DNA of 64,000 nucleotides from Eledone cirrhosa (GCA_964016885.1 OZ024757.1:16430001-16494000), one strand, 5' to 3'; numbered from the stretch's first letter, positions 1-14,534 are shown. The notes: generated by a model from the sequence alone, not told the origin. Program-made: numbers and translations.

Positions 1-199
1 GGCCAGTGGTCGATAAAGAGAATAGTAAAGTTGTGAGGTGGGTGACAGGTAGATGAAATATATCGTAGTGTATTTTATTGTGGTAGGTAGATAGTGAGAA
101 CGTCAAAGGTGAGAATCAGCGTTCTACACTCCAACTTTCCTACTTCACTCACCATACTTACCCTCCCCAATCCACACCACCTTTCCTACTTCAATCTCC

Positions 200-555
200 C
201 CACACTTCACTCACCACACTTCACTCACCACACTTCACTCACCACACTTCACTCACCATACTTCACTCACCACACTTCACTCGCCAGACTTCACTCACCA
301 TACTACACACACACACCGCACTTCACTCACCACACTTCACACACCACACTTCACTCATCACACTTCACTCACTACACTTCACTCACTACACTTCACTCAC
401 CACACTTCACTCACCAACTAACCACTCTCCACTAACCACTCTCTACTTTCTACACTCCACTCTCGACACTCCACTCCTCCCACTCCACACTCCACACTTC
501 ACTCTCTCCACCTATCACACTCCACTATCCACCTACCTCACTTCACTCACCACAC
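200..555. repeat. 14-bp minisatellite (CACACTTCACTCAC)n, degenerating 3'
   Basis: Tandem CACACTTCACTCAC units seen directly; explains ORF 94..435. Confidence 0.85.
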
Positions 556-799
556 AATAGTGTCCATGTCAAACTATACCGATCTCTTATTACACGCCGC
601 CGCCTCACCCCATTCATCAGTATTCTACATCAAGCTAATTAAACAGACATCACGTGACCGTAACTAATCACTACAGATGTCTGTACAGCTGCCATGGCAA
701 CTAATCTGGAGTCTATATCCCATTGAATGAATCTTTTAATTAGCGTTTTCATTAAATGGATGCAGCCACGTCAATGAAAGTCAGTCAGTTAATTTGAAT

Positions 800-1218
800 A
801 TAAGTGACGTCATGATATCTCAGTCTACTTGGATCTAGTGACGTCATAGAGAGTCTGGCAACTTGGACCTAGCGACGTCATAGTAAGGCCGGCAACTCGG
901 ATCCTAATGACGTCATAGTAAGACGACTGGCAACACAGATCTGGTGACATCATGGCGAGCATGTCAACGTGTATCTAGTGACGTCATACCAAGTATGTCA
1001 ACATGGATCTAATGACGTCATAGTAAGACTGGCAACGCGAATCTTGTGACGTCATGGCAAGTATGTCAACGTGGGTCTAGTGACGTCATAGTAAGACTGG
1101 CAACACGGATCTGGTAAACGTCATGGCAAGTATGTCAACGTGGATCTAGTGACGTCATAGCAAGTCGGTGAAGTTGGATGTATTGACGTCATAGCAAGTA
1201 TGTAAGCTTGGATCTAGA
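800..1218. repeat. ~34-bp minisatellite, 12 units, each centred on a CRE palindrome TGACGTCA
   Basis: Perfect TGACGTCA at 805, 839, 908, 979, 1013, 1047, 1081, 1150, 1184; variants at ~873, ~945, ~1116. Confidence 0.9.
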
Positions 1219-1224
1219 GACTCA

Positions 1225-2026
1225 GACACACTCATACACATGAATACACACGCATACACACACCCCTATGCATACACACGCATCCACCTACGCAAACACA
1301 CACAGAACACCCGAATCACCCACTCAGACACACACACAGATGAATGCACACACAGACATAGTCATGCACACTTACACTCATACACCCCCACATATAAATG
1401 CACACACTTAAACACGCACACACACACACACAGACTCATACACAAACATGCAGATAAATGCACACATACACATATAATCATACAAACATACATAAACACA
1501 CACACACACACACACTCAAACACTCATATACAAACACACTCACACACACTTGCGCACTCACACAAAGACTCATACACAAACACAAATGCACACACACACT
1601 CACACGCAGACTCCTACACACAGATACAATCATACAAACATACATAAACACACACACACACACAAATAGAGACTTATACAAACACACATAAACACACACA
1701 TTTACACACAGAACTGACTCACACATAAACACATACTCTCAGACACACTCACACACAAACACATAAATACACACAGATAAACACACACACACATTCACAC
1801 GCTCACACAGAGACTCATACACACACATACACTCACACACACAAACACATAAATACACACACACACACACTCACACAGAGACTCATACACACACATACAC
1901 TCACACACTCACACCCATACACAAACACATAAATACACACACACTCACACACACATAAACACACACATATACTCACACACACACATACGCACACAGACCC
2001 ACACACACACATAAATACACACACAC
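1225..2026. repeat. Degenerate (CA)n-rich microsatellite field
   Basis: CA/TA-rich low complexity. Confidence 0.9.
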
Positions 2027-2249
2027 TTCCTGTAATTATGAAGCGAACTGTTGCAATTATTATTCCCATTCCAAGAGAAATTAATATAATTTGGAAATAA
2101 TTCTTTATTATTAGAAATTTGGTCGAGATTTTCTCAATTTATCTCCGTAAAACTAAGATTTCAGGCTGGAAATAGCAGCCGCCATGTTTTAGTGATAAAT
2201 ACATAGTGAAAATACTTTGCGGCGTGGTTTCATACCATTTGAACTGTTG

Positions 2250-2478
2250 CTGGTGGTGATGGTGGCGGTAGCGGTGGTGGTCATGGTGCTGGTCGTGGTG
2301 GTTGTAATCGTGGTGGTCGTGGTGGTCGTGGTGGTCGTGGTGGTCGTGGTATTGGTTGTAATCGTGGTGGTGGTGGTGGTGGTGGTCTTTGTGATGGTGG
2401 TAGTGATGCTGTTGGTGGTGGCGATGGTGGTTGTGATGGTAGTAATGGTGGTTATATAATGGTGGTGTGGTGGCTGTG
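2250..2478. repeat. (GTG/GTC)n trinucleotide repeat
   Basis: Seen directly. Confidence 0.9.
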
Positions 2479-2761
2479 ATAATACAAGATAGACCTTACC
2501 TATAATTCAAATAGCTAGCTTTGTCACAAACTGTATCACGCTGAATCTCCCTGAGAACTACATTAAAAGTGCATGTGTCGGTAGTGTATTCATCCAGTTG
2601 AACGTTAATTTCACGAGCAGGCTTTTGTTCCGTTGTTCAAACAAATGGGGCACTGTTCCTTGAAAGCGACGGAGATACATCTACCGCAAAACGGCGTTAC
2701 AATTGATTTAATTTCTTGAATGAATTCTGAATCGGTACTTCATGTTGCCTACTGGTTAGGG

Positions 2762-3245
2762 CAGCTTTTCTCAACCAGTGTTACCCGGAACCCTTGGATT
2801 CCGCAAGAGGTCTCTTAGGGGCTGCACGAGAAACAATCATATATAAGCTAATGCATTTTTGAGTAATTTTTATTCCATTTATATATTCGTACTTTTACTA
2901 AACACGTACAGCATATTGTTGGAAAATCTTTTGGTTATTAAGGCTTCAACTTCTTATATTAAGGGATAGATATTAATAATTGTTTCTACTTTAGGCACAA
3001 GGCCAGCAATCACCCAGTATATTACTGGTACTTTATTTTATCGACCCCGTAAGGATGAAAGGCAAAGTTAACCTCGGCGGGATTTGAACTCAGACCGTCA
3101 AAGGACGTAACTATGCTGGAAAGCATGGCGTCCGACTCTCTACCGATACTGCCAATATGGTATATAATAATTTTATGTAGGGGTTCTCTGAGACATGAAA
3201 ACTATTTCAAGGGTTCCACAAGGGTAAAAATGTTGAGAAAGGCTG
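2762..3245. mobile_element. hAT (Charlie-like) non-autonomous DNA transposon carrying a nested SINE
   Basis: TIRs CAGCTTTTCTCAAC (2762) and GTTGAGAAAGGCTG (3232-3245); the 8-bp flanks ggTTAGgg / aaTTAGac share the central TAG of Charlie-type target sites. Confidence 0.6.
2978..3158 (-). mobile_element. tRNA-derived SINE, family S1
   Basis: Minus strand has A-box-like TGGCAGTATCGG, B-box GAGTTCAAATCC and core CTTTCATCCTTACGGGGTCGATAAAATAAAGTACCAG; more than 15 copies in the window. Confidence 0.9.
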
Positions 3246-3254
3246 AATTAGACA

Positions 3255-3360
3255 ATTGGATTAGGATCATAATGTCATGGGTTCGATTTCTGGACTGTGT
3301 CGCGAGTTGAGTTCTTGTACAAAACACTTTATTTCACGTTACATCAGTATACTCAGCTGA
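3255..3360 (+). mobile_element. tRNA-SINE fragment, family S2
   Basis: GGTTCGATT B-box and ACACTTTATTTCACGTT shared with 58503-58712. Confidence 0.55.
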
Positions 3361-3562
3361 AATACAAACCTGTTTATTATGTGTCCCCTAAATTCTATTT
3401 TCTATCATTAACATCCAATAGAATATTTTTTCGGGGAGTTTATTTTATGCGGAAGTGCGTATCATTATATTTTCTCAAAGGGCGATGTATTAGCAGTATC
3501 GGTAGAGAATCGGACAAACTAAATTGCGGCATTTAGTGATGGCGCGTAGCCTACTGGTAAGG

Positions 3563-3635
3563 GAGAAATCATCAGGGCTCCCTGATGATTTCTTTCGAAT
3601 GAAACAGTTCTAGTTCTGTAAAAGCCATATTTATA
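3563..3635 (+). mobile_element. PLE terminus with hammerhead-like core and short 5' fold-back (family P0)
   Basis: CTGATGA 3582-3588 ... GAAAC 3601; hairpin AGAAATCATCAGGG/CCCTGATGATTTCT; related to 62582-62751 and 35815-37153. Confidence 0.6.
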
Positions 3636-3653
3636 TATAAATATATATATATA

Positions 3654-3844
3654 ATAACCAAGGAAGTGTGGTAAGGAACCAGATGGACAATAACGCTCCA
3701 GAATACTCAATACTTAGGGTAGTAGAGTGGGTAATAGGAAAATGTTTAACCCCGACGGCAGAGATCAGGCCGTTTCGACGACTATTTCTGAAATAACAGT
3801 CGAAACGGCTTGAGCTCTGCCGTCGGGGTTAAACAATTTCCTAT
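3654..3844. mobile_element. Fold-back PLE terminus, family P1
   Basis: Inverted arms centred near 3789; tailed arm on the left; short arm ends TTCCTAT into (TA)n. Confidence 0.8.
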
Positions 3845-3855
3845 ATATAGAATAT

Positions 3856-4705
3856 GTAGATCCGAATTCAATATGGATTTAGCTATCGAGAAGGCCGAAG
3901 CTGAGCCATCGGGGACCTGAATAAGACCGGAGCTGAGCCATCGGGGAACTGAATAAGACCGGAGCTGAGCTATTGGGGACCTGAATAAGACCGGAGCTGA
4001 GCCATCAGGGACCTGAATAAGACCGGAGCTGAGCCATCGGGGAACTGAATAAGACCGGAGCTGAGCCATCGGGGACCTGAATAAGGCCGGAGCTGAGCCA
4101 TCGGTGAACTGAATAAGGCCGGAGCTGAGCTATTGGGGACCTGAATAAGGCCGGAGCTGAGCCATCGGGGAACTGAATAAGGCCGGAGCTGAGCCATCGG
4201 GGAACTGAATAAGGCCGGAGCTGAGCCATCGGGGAACTGAATAAGACCGGAGCTGAGCTATTGGGGACCTGAATAAGGCCGGAGCTGAGCCATCGGGGAA
4301 CTGAATAAGGCCGGAGCTGAGCCATCGGGGAACTGAATAAGGCCGGAGCTGAGCCATCGGGGAACTGAATAAGGCCGGAGCTGAGCTATTGGGGACCTGA
4401 ATAAGGCCGGAGCTGAGCTATTGGGGAACTGAATAAGGCCGGAGCTGAGCTATTGGGGAACTGAATAAGGCCGGAGCTGAGCCATCGGGGACCTGAATAA
4501 GGCCGGAGCTGAGCCATCGGGGACCTGAATAAGACCGGAGCTGAGCCATCGGGGACCTGAATAAGGCCGGAGCTGAGCTATTGGGGATCTGAATAAGGCC
4601 GGAGCTGAGCTATCGGGGACATGAATCTATTCATATTACCCACTCTACTATCCCAAGTATCAAATACTCTCGTGGGTTATGGTCCACCTGGTTTTTACCA
4701 CACAC

Positions 4706-4711
<6 letters not shown>
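3856..4711 (+). mobile_element. P1-related PLE terminus containing a 32-bp minisatellite (3901-4620, ~22 units)
   Basis: Unit AGGCCGGAGCTGAGCCATCGGGGACCTGAATA; the P1 tail (TTACCCACTCTAC...GGTCCACCTGG) follows the array. Confidence 0.8.
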
Positions 4712-4747
<36 letters not shown>

Positions 4748-4867
4748 AATAGTGTGTGGTAAAAACCAGGTATATAAGTGTATATATATTCTATATATAT
4801 ATGTATATATGTATATATGTATATGTATATATATATCACCAATATACATAGTTAAATATATGTGTAA

Positions 4868-4932
<65 letters not shown>

Positions 4933-4967
4933 CATACATACACATACATACATACATACGTACATAC

Positions 4968-4998
<31 letters not shown>

Positions 4999-5044
4999 TG
5001 TATGTATGTATGTATGTATGTATGTGTATGTATGTATATATATG

Positions 5045-5077
<33 letters not shown>

Positions 5078-5100
5078 TTGTATGTATGTATGTATGTATG

Positions 5101-5709
5101 TCAGGTCACCAGTTGGTGCTGCTGGTAACATGTATCCCAGTACAACCTGTCCCATGGTCGGGTCGTTGGCGACTAAACTGGCAACCCCACCAAGGTTTCT
5201 TGGTGAGGAGGGTGACTTTGGACATCCTGCAGGACTAAAAACAAAACCTGTCAAAGGGCAAAGGAGCTCTTAAGAGTCAATGGCCATCCAAAATCACCGG
5301 GAGAGATGACCCTTTAGCCTTTATCAAGGCAGAATTCTAGGAGAAGGAAAACTCTGATATAACACCTGCAACCCTGATGGTATCCAATGATGTTGACTTG
5401 TTCTTCTTTTTGGTAAATATCATCTTGGTTAAGAGAGTGGGACTGGCTTTGTGCAATGCCTTTGCTCACTATAGAAGCTTCACGGCACAGGCATTGCTTT
5501 ATATCTGGAGATCTCTCTGCACTTGTCATCACATGGTACCATGGGCCCAGCACTATGTGTCAGTAATTGTCACAAGTGTAGTGTTTGTACCAGAGTTTTC
5601 AAGTCGCTGGCTGGACTAAAAAGTCACACTCGTTCAGCGCATCGGTAGGAGTTCTCCTACATGGATATAAAGTAGTGGCCGTACTCGAAAACGAGTTGGC
5701 AGCCACCAT
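5101..5709 (+). mobile_element. Internally deleted (bipartite) RTE-LINE derivative
   Basis: RTE-like 5' region (AGGAGAAGGAAAACTCTGAT) joined to a C2H2 remnant HKCSVCTRVFKSLAGLKSHTRSAHR* (5571-5648); near-identical copy at 35183-35722; microsatellite flanks. Confidence 0.65.
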
Positions 5710-5876
5710 GTATGTATGTATGTGTATGTATATATATATATATATTGACACATATATTTAACTATGTATATTGGTGATATATATATACATATACATATAT
5801 ATAGAATATATATACACTTATGTACATATATATGTACATATATATATTTACAGACTTATATATACACTCATATATA

Positions 5877-5910
<34 letters not shown>

Positions 5911-5939
5911 TAAATGTATATACATCTATATATATATAT

Positions 5940-5992
<53 letters not shown>

Positions 5993-6047
5993 TATATATA
6001 TACATATGTATATATAGATATGTATATATGCATAAGTATATTATTAT

Positions 6048-6094
<47 letters not shown>

Positions 6095-6187
6095 TAATAT
6101 ACATAAGTATATTATTATTATTATATATATAATTTATATATATATGTATATGTACATATGTATATATACATATGTATATATATATAC

Positions 6188-6223
<36 letters not shown>

Positions 6224-6314
6224 GTATATATACATAAGTATATTATTATTATTATTATATATATACACACACATATGTATATATACATAAGTATATTATT
6301 ATTATATATATATA

Positions 6315-6421
<107 letters not shown>

Positions 6422-6683
6422 GCCAACCCAAATATCTTTTGAACTTATTCATCAAACCCATAATTAATACTCCTTTATTTTTTCCTTTTCACTGAATAAA
6501 TTATTTTACAGAATACCTAGAAAAAATGTCATATGTATTTTTTCATTCGATCAACAATTTACAACATAAAATATTCACATTAATTAAAATCGATTTTTCC
6601 CTTCCTCATTATACTGTAAAAATAATAAAAACAACATAGTTAGTGACTAATTTTTTTGTATTCAATATTTTAAGTTATATATA

Positions 6684-6734
<51 letters not shown>

Positions 6735-6785
6735 ATGTATATGTATATATATGTACATGTGTATATATTTATATGCATGTATATG

Positions 6786-6832
<47 letters not shown>

Positions 6833-6944
6833 GTATGTATATATATATGTATTTATATATTTATATAATGTATGTATAAATATGTATATTATGTATATAT
6901 GCGTATATCATACATATATATATATGTATATTATGTACATACAT

Positions 6945-7566
6945 AAAAAACGGACCCTCCCCCCATAAAAAAGGGGCACCCAAATAAAAAACAGGCACCC
7001 AAGTAAAAAATCCGGACCCCCTCCCATAAAAAATGGGGCACCCGAAAAAAAAATGTCCCCACCCCCCCTAAAAAAACGGGCACCGAAATAAAAGATGGAG
7101 CACCCAAATAAAAAACGCCCCCCCCCCCCCATAAAAAACAGATCCCCCCTATAAAAAACGGGGCACCCAAATATAAAAAAAGGGGTACCCAAATAAAAAA
7201 CGCCCCCCCCCCATAAAAAAAACGGGGCACCCAAATAAAAAACGAGGCACCCAAATAAAAAACGGGACACCCAAATAAAAAACCGGGGCACCCAAATAAA
7301 AAACGACCCCCCCCCCATAAAAAAACGGGGCACCCAAATAAAAAACGGGGCACCAAAATAAAATACGGGGCACCCAAATAAAAAAACGGTGCACCCAAAT
7401 AAAAAACGGGGCACGCCCCCATAAAAAACCGGCACCCCAAATAAAAAAACGGACCCTCCCCCCCCATAAAAAACGGGGCACCCAAATAAAAAACGGACAG
7501 ACACCCCACCCTCTCCCACACTCCATAAAAAACGGGCACCCAAATAAAAAAACGGGGCACCCAAAT
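6945..7566. repeat. ~20-bp minisatellite AAAAAACGGGGCACCCAAAT with variable homopolymers
   Basis: Tandem units seen; source of the spurious Phe/Gly-rich ORFs. Confidence 0.85.
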
Positions 7567-7688
7567 GTAATCTGAGTTTTTCGAATATTAATAATAACAT
7601 TCGATTCGTTTGCAATTATGCAAACAAGCCTCAATTTTATAGCCATGTCAGTAGAATGAACCCTTCATTCTTGCTCTTGTGTTGGCAT

Positions 7689-7754
7689 GTGAACAGAACT
7701 GCAGACACTAATGTTTCTGGGTATCACCCTTCATCAGTACAGCTCACTGTTCAC
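7689..7754 (-). ncRNA. Type I hammerhead ribozyme with long stem I
   Basis: Minus strand: GTGAACAGTGAGCTGTA-CTGATGA-aGGGTgatACCCa-GAAA-CAttagTG-TC|TGCAGTTCTGTTCAC. Confidence 0.7.
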
Positions 7755-7780
7755 CTGACAATTTATATATTTATATATAT

Positions 7781-8052
7781 ATTTATTAAAATAACAGATT
7801 AAAGTTTAAGCAAAGAATTGCTGCTTTCACCCTTAACGGGATCTTCTGAAACTAACGTGTTCATTGTTCTACAAAATAAAGGTAGTGGTTAGTTTCGGAA
7901 GGTCCCGTTAAGGGTGAAAGCAGCGATTCTTTGCTTAAACTTTAATCTGTTATTTTAATAAATATTCGCTCTACAGTTCTTACATATTTGATATATATTT
8001 ATCGTTATCGAGTCCTCTTTGGATTTTAGTCTTCAAATTTATTATTATTACT
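7781..8052. mobile_element. Fold-back PLE-type terminus, family P2
   Basis: Arms 7781-7856 and 7888-7965, tail 7966-8052, in (TA)n; variant core C(A/G)GAAG..CCC GTTAA GGGT GAAAGC. Confidence 0.75.
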
Positions 8053-8064
8053 ATATATATATAT

Positions 8065-8408
8065 ATGTAAAAGTTCTATTTAAATTTTTGGGATACAACA
8101 AGCAAATATTTTTATAACTGATATAAAGCACTCAACAAATATTTGGAGTAGAAATACGATATTAACAAATGGAAACTATATTTATAAAACCATATTTATT
8201 TCATTATACATATTTCAAGGACACCAAGTTAAATTATGGTGTGCTTTCATCGGATAAAATATAATATAGATCAGTTTTATAAATAAATATTGACATACCC
8301 TTAAAGAATGCAACCATTGCTGTTGGAAGCTCCTGGATAGTGCTTTATATCAGTTATAATAAATATTTGCTTGGTGTATCCCAACAATTTAAATAGAACT
8401 TCTACATA
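8065..8408. mobile_element. PLE terminus, family P3 (hammerhead on minus strand), with an inverted tail copy
   Basis: Homologous to 60736-61170; tail sequence at both ends in opposite orientation. Confidence 0.75.
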
Positions 8409-8464
8409 TTTATTATATATATATAGGGAATGCAACGTCATAATGATGACATAACAAATCATTC

Positions 8465-8499
<35 letters not shown>

Positions 8500-8501
<2 letters not shown>

Positions 8502-8680
8502 GTGGTGGACAAGGTTGAAAGGGTTAAAGACAGACACTTTCCTCTTCGGCGAATCCCTAATTAACTTTTTCAAGTTTCACTTGAAGAGGTAAAATCAGGG
8601 TGGAGAGGCAAGTGCTGCCTTCTAGCAAGTTTGTTGAAAGGTGGGTGAATGTAGCGAATTGCAACCATTTCTGTTGGATA
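8500..8680 (+). mobile_element. LINE (Tx1/L1-like) ORF2 C-terminal fragment
   Basis: Homologous to the reverse complement of 56506-56725 (WW.RLKGL..DTFL...ERW). Confidence 0.5.
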
Positions 8681-9152
8681 TGTATATATATATTTACTTC
8701 ATATTTACTTCAGGAATTTTGTCGTTAAAATGTTGATAGAAATTATAAATTATACATACCGTAAACTACTCATAATAGTCGATGATTCTCACAAGAGATA
8801 TTTATATTTTATATACAGTAGCATCGTTATTTCGTGTCAATGATTTCACCATTATGAATGTAATGATCTGAACATCAAAGGAAATAAGAGAAAATGGCGA
8901 CGGCTAACGACTTCGTCACCATTTTTTAATTCTGGTCAAAATTCGTTGGTTGGCGGCGAAGCTATTAACACTACCTTTATTTTGTAGAACAATGAACACG
9001 TTTGTAAATATGTATAAATTCATAGAAACCTTTGAGTGTGTGTGTGTGTGTGTATATATATATTTAAATATATATATATTCATATATATATATATATATT
9101 TAAATAGATATATATTCATATTTATATATATTTATATTTATATATATATATT

Positions 9153-9184
<32 letters not shown>

Positions 9185-9288
9185 TATATATATATGTATA
9201 TATAAATATATATGTATATATATATATATGTGTATATATATATATATATGTATGTATATATATATATGTATATATATATATATGTATG

Positions 9289-9450
<162 letters not shown>

Positions 9451-9806
9451 TACATATATATTTATATGTGTGTGTATATATATATCGAATGTATATATAT
9501 ATATATATATTAATAGATATATACATGTAATGTGTATGTGTGTATATAAGTATGTATATTTATATAAATATATATAAGTCAGTGTGCATATCTGCTACAA
9601 ATCTGAATACATTGAGTTAGTATATTATAACTACCATAATAGATTCCTCTTGTGCTATCTAATACTAACTCAAGTGGTTGTAATTTTGAAGTCATGGTTC
9701 ATAATTTCTGACTTTGATTCTTACAAACTTGCAGGAAACCTAAGATTTCATTGTCACCGAAGAAATATCTATAAGAACATTTTGGTGTATATATATATAT
9801 ATATAT

Positions 9807-10121
<315 letters not shown>

Positions 10122-10230
10122 TAACAGATTGAAGTTTTATTATATTTGATATATATATATTTGATATATATTTATCCTTATCGAGCCCTCTTCAAATTTA
10201 TTATTATTACTATATATATATATATATATA

Positions 10231-10426
10231 CAAAGAGGGTGTGGTAATATACCAGGTGAACCAAAACGCACCAGAGTACTCAATACTTAGGATAGTAGAG
10301 TGGGTAATATGGAATGGAAAGTATCAGGATCCCGCCGGCTGAGCTCCGGCCGTTTCGACAGCTAGATCCGAACTGATCTAGCTGTCGAAACGGCTTGAAC
10401 TCACCACCAGGGGTCCTGAATCTCTT

Positions 10427-10427
<1 letters not shown>
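10231..10427. mobile_element. Fold-back PLE terminus, P1 variant
   Basis: CCGTTTCGACAGCTAGATC...GATCTAGCTGTCGAAACGG inverted arms. Confidence 0.75.
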
Positions 10428-11107
<680 letters not shown>

Positions 11108-11525
11108 ATATATATATTTATATATATATATATTTAGATATATTTAGATATATATAACATATTTAATATAGAAATGATGGCTTCTACAGGTATGTAATAC
11201 GGTGGCATTTTATGTTTTCTGGTGGTTGTGGAAGGCGGTGATATAAAGGATGGGCAGAGGTCACTTAACAAACTATTTTTTAGGAATATACAATGACACA
11301 AATAAAAGTCAGGTTCATGTTCACACTTAGATAGAAATTCATACATACTGACGCCAGCATATTGTTTCTAATATACGTATGTTGTGTTGTAACCTTATGT
11401 TACTGTTTGTTCACGAAGGTGGTTCTGTTGAACTATAATACGGGGTCTTATGCAGTTTATGTTATGCACGGGCACAACAGGATGATGTAATTATCTATCT
11501 CTCTCTCTATATATATATATATATA

Positions 11526-11600
<75 letters not shown>

Positions 11601-11734
11601 TACCGTCTCGTTTTTTATAATATCACCAGTTATTGTGTTTTTCGCAACATTAATACTTTAAACAGATATTCCCAGTCCGGTCTACTGTTGTTTTAATTAA
11701 ATAAATAAATAATATAATATATATATATACACAT

Positions 11735-11828
<94 letters not shown>

Positions 11829-12181
11829 GTGTATATATATATATATATATGCATATATAGGTGTATATATATATATATATGTGTGTATATATATATGAAT
11901 ATATACACTTATATATGTACATATATATATATATATGTATATAAATATATGAATATATATATGTAAATATAGACATATATATGTATATATATATGTATAT
12001 ATACACATATATATGCATATATATATATATGTATGTATATATATATATGCATATATACACATATATATGCTTATGTATATATATAGACATATATATGTAT
12101 ATTTATATATGTATCTATACATACACATATATATGTATATATATATATCTATCTATATATACACATATATATGCATATATA

Positions 12182-12273
<92 letters not shown>

Positions 12274-12329
12274 CTTATATATGCATATATATATATATAT
12301 ATAATATATATATGCATATATATAAATAT

Positions 12330-13430
12330 ATAGGAGCTCATTACCGGCGTTGCCCGGGTTACTGACGTTCTTATTCAGATAAGTAAACTATAAATATGAA
12401 GATATGTTTGTTTTTATCATAATTATTTCAAAATATCTATATTTTATTTTTAAAATATCAAAAATGTAATGATAATAGAATTTAGAAATGTTAATCTGTC
12501 AATCTTGAAGAACCTTTGGGTAAATAGTATTCATTATGTAATTGTTTTATATTTTTTGTGTGTGAATGAATAAATTGTTGCTACACACTCACACATACAT
12601 ATACTAAGACAGACACACACAGACATACATTCACGCAGACACAGGCATAGCTTTCACCTCATTTTTTTTGACAGTCGCTACATGTATATGTACGTGTAGA
12701 TGTGTGTGTATTTAATAACGTACCTAATGAACGTGCACACACGCACACACTGACACACACACACAAACACATACATATTCATATACAAAATGTGATGTGG
12801 TTGTGTTGTTTTCTATTGTTGTAATCCAAATAAAAATAAACAAATTATCACACATACACTCACACACATATACTCTCACACACACACTTACACACATATA
12901 CACTCTCACATACACTCACACACATATACTCTCACACGCACACTTACACACATATACACTCTCACATACACTCACACACATATACAGTCTCACATACACT
13001 CACACACTGTCACATACATATACTAAGACAGACACACACAGATTTACATTCATGCACACCTGTCTGTCATCACATATGTATATGTATGTGTAGATGTGTG
13101 TGTGTCCGCTTAATTATCTCTTTGTATGTGTCAATGTGTGTGTGTGTTTAATTCTCTAAGACCTAACGTATGTAACGAACTCGCAAACACACACAGACAC
13201 ATATACACTCATATACATTGTGACCTCGTCGTGGCCATCATCGTCGTCGTGGTTTACTATAGTTCACTATAGAAAGGTTATTTTAGATAAAATATTATAT
13301 TGTTTTAATCAAAATGAAAATAAAAATTACATGTTGACACTCCTGGGGTTTGATTTGGTCCAGTCGTTAGAGAATGCATAGGAACAGACAGACAGACAGA
13401 CAGACAGGGACAAATAACTTTATATATAGA
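12330..13430 (-). mobile_element. Non-autonomous Helitron-like element
   Basis: Subterminal hairpin CCGGCGTTGCCCGGG near the left end (CTAG degenerate); (GACA)n tract and GA|T (5' TC on minus) at the right end; same plan as 53140-54491; internal duplication ~12585-12800 vs ~13005-13225. Confidence 0.5.
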
Positions 13431-13461
13431 TATATAGAGATGTAGATATGTATAAGTATAC

Positions 13462-13568
<107 letters not shown>

Positions 13569-13821
13569 ATATGTATATATATATAAGTGGTTATACAACA
13601 GTTAGTTCACCATACCGAGAACAATTGTTTCACCTTAGCGGATCCTCAGCTCGTAATGGACATGGTTATACGGAACAGGAAGAACAACCGTACGAACGCA
13701 CATGCGCAGAAACGATCACTTCACACAGGCAATACTAAATTGCGTGCGAGAGGTGTAAGGGCGATAACTGCGAAAGTCCGAAAGTTTCTAGTTGATAAGA
13801 AAAATAGGATGTTGATGTAAT

Positions 13822-14064
13822 TCAATCCGGAGCTTTGTAGTTATGTAAGAGGTGTCTCCAGACGTGTGGACAACGTGTGAAGAATTCATTTCTCGTGTTT
13901 AGGCAATCACTATTGCGTAATCTCTTTAGAATATTTATTCGTTCATCAATACATAGTCCACACGACGGATTGCCCCTTGCGTATGGCTTGGACTTTGTGA
14001 TGGCTTTCCATTGAATGGAGTAGTCTATACTTGAGTCCTTGAGGGACCATACGTGACTATCGAG
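13822..14064 (-). pseudogene. PLE GIY-YIG endonuclease C-terminal fragment
   Basis: SHVWSLKD..YSIQWKAITKSKPY...CGLCIDERINIL...LNTRNEFFTRCPH, homologous to 44779-45348; the N-terminal part of the listed ORF is only the inverted UTR. Confidence 0.85.
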
Positions 14065-14216
14065 TTTTTTCTTATCAACTAGAAACTTTCGGACTTTCGC
14101 AGTTATCTCCCTTACACCTCTCGCACGCAATTTAGTATTTCCTGTGTGAAGTGATCGTTTCTGCGCATATGCATTCGTACGGTTGCCCTTTCTGTTCCGT
14201 ATAACCATGTCCATTA

Positions 14217-14254
14217 CGAGCTGAGGATCCGCTAAGGTGAAACAATTGTTCTCG
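14217..14254 (+). ncRNA. Minimal type I hammerhead ribozyme (mirror copy on minus strand ~13616-13653)
   Basis: CGAG-CTGAGGA-tccgctaaggt-GAAA-CAATTG-TT|CTCG. Confidence 0.75.
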
Positions 14255-14349
14255 GTATGGTGAACTAACTGTTGTGTAACCACCTCTACTTAACTTGTCC
14301 CATGGACTGAGTGCTCTACCACTACGGATATTACCTTTCAGTGTTCTAC

Positions 14350-14454
<105 letters not shown>

Positions 14455-14534
14455 AGATATGTATATATATATATATATATGTGTGTGTTGTTTGTATGTG
14501 TGTGTATTATATTGTATTATATTATACTTGTGGA

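Noticed and set aside
800-1218. CRISPR array (palindromic repeat plus variable spacer)
   Set aside because: Spacers are homologous to one another and the total period is only ~34 bp.
3901-4620. CRISPR-like regular repeats
   Set aside because: No unique spacers, no cas genes, eukaryotic context; pure tandem repeat.
6908-7646. 200+ aa Phe/Gly-rich ORFs
   Set aside because: Minisatellite-derived.
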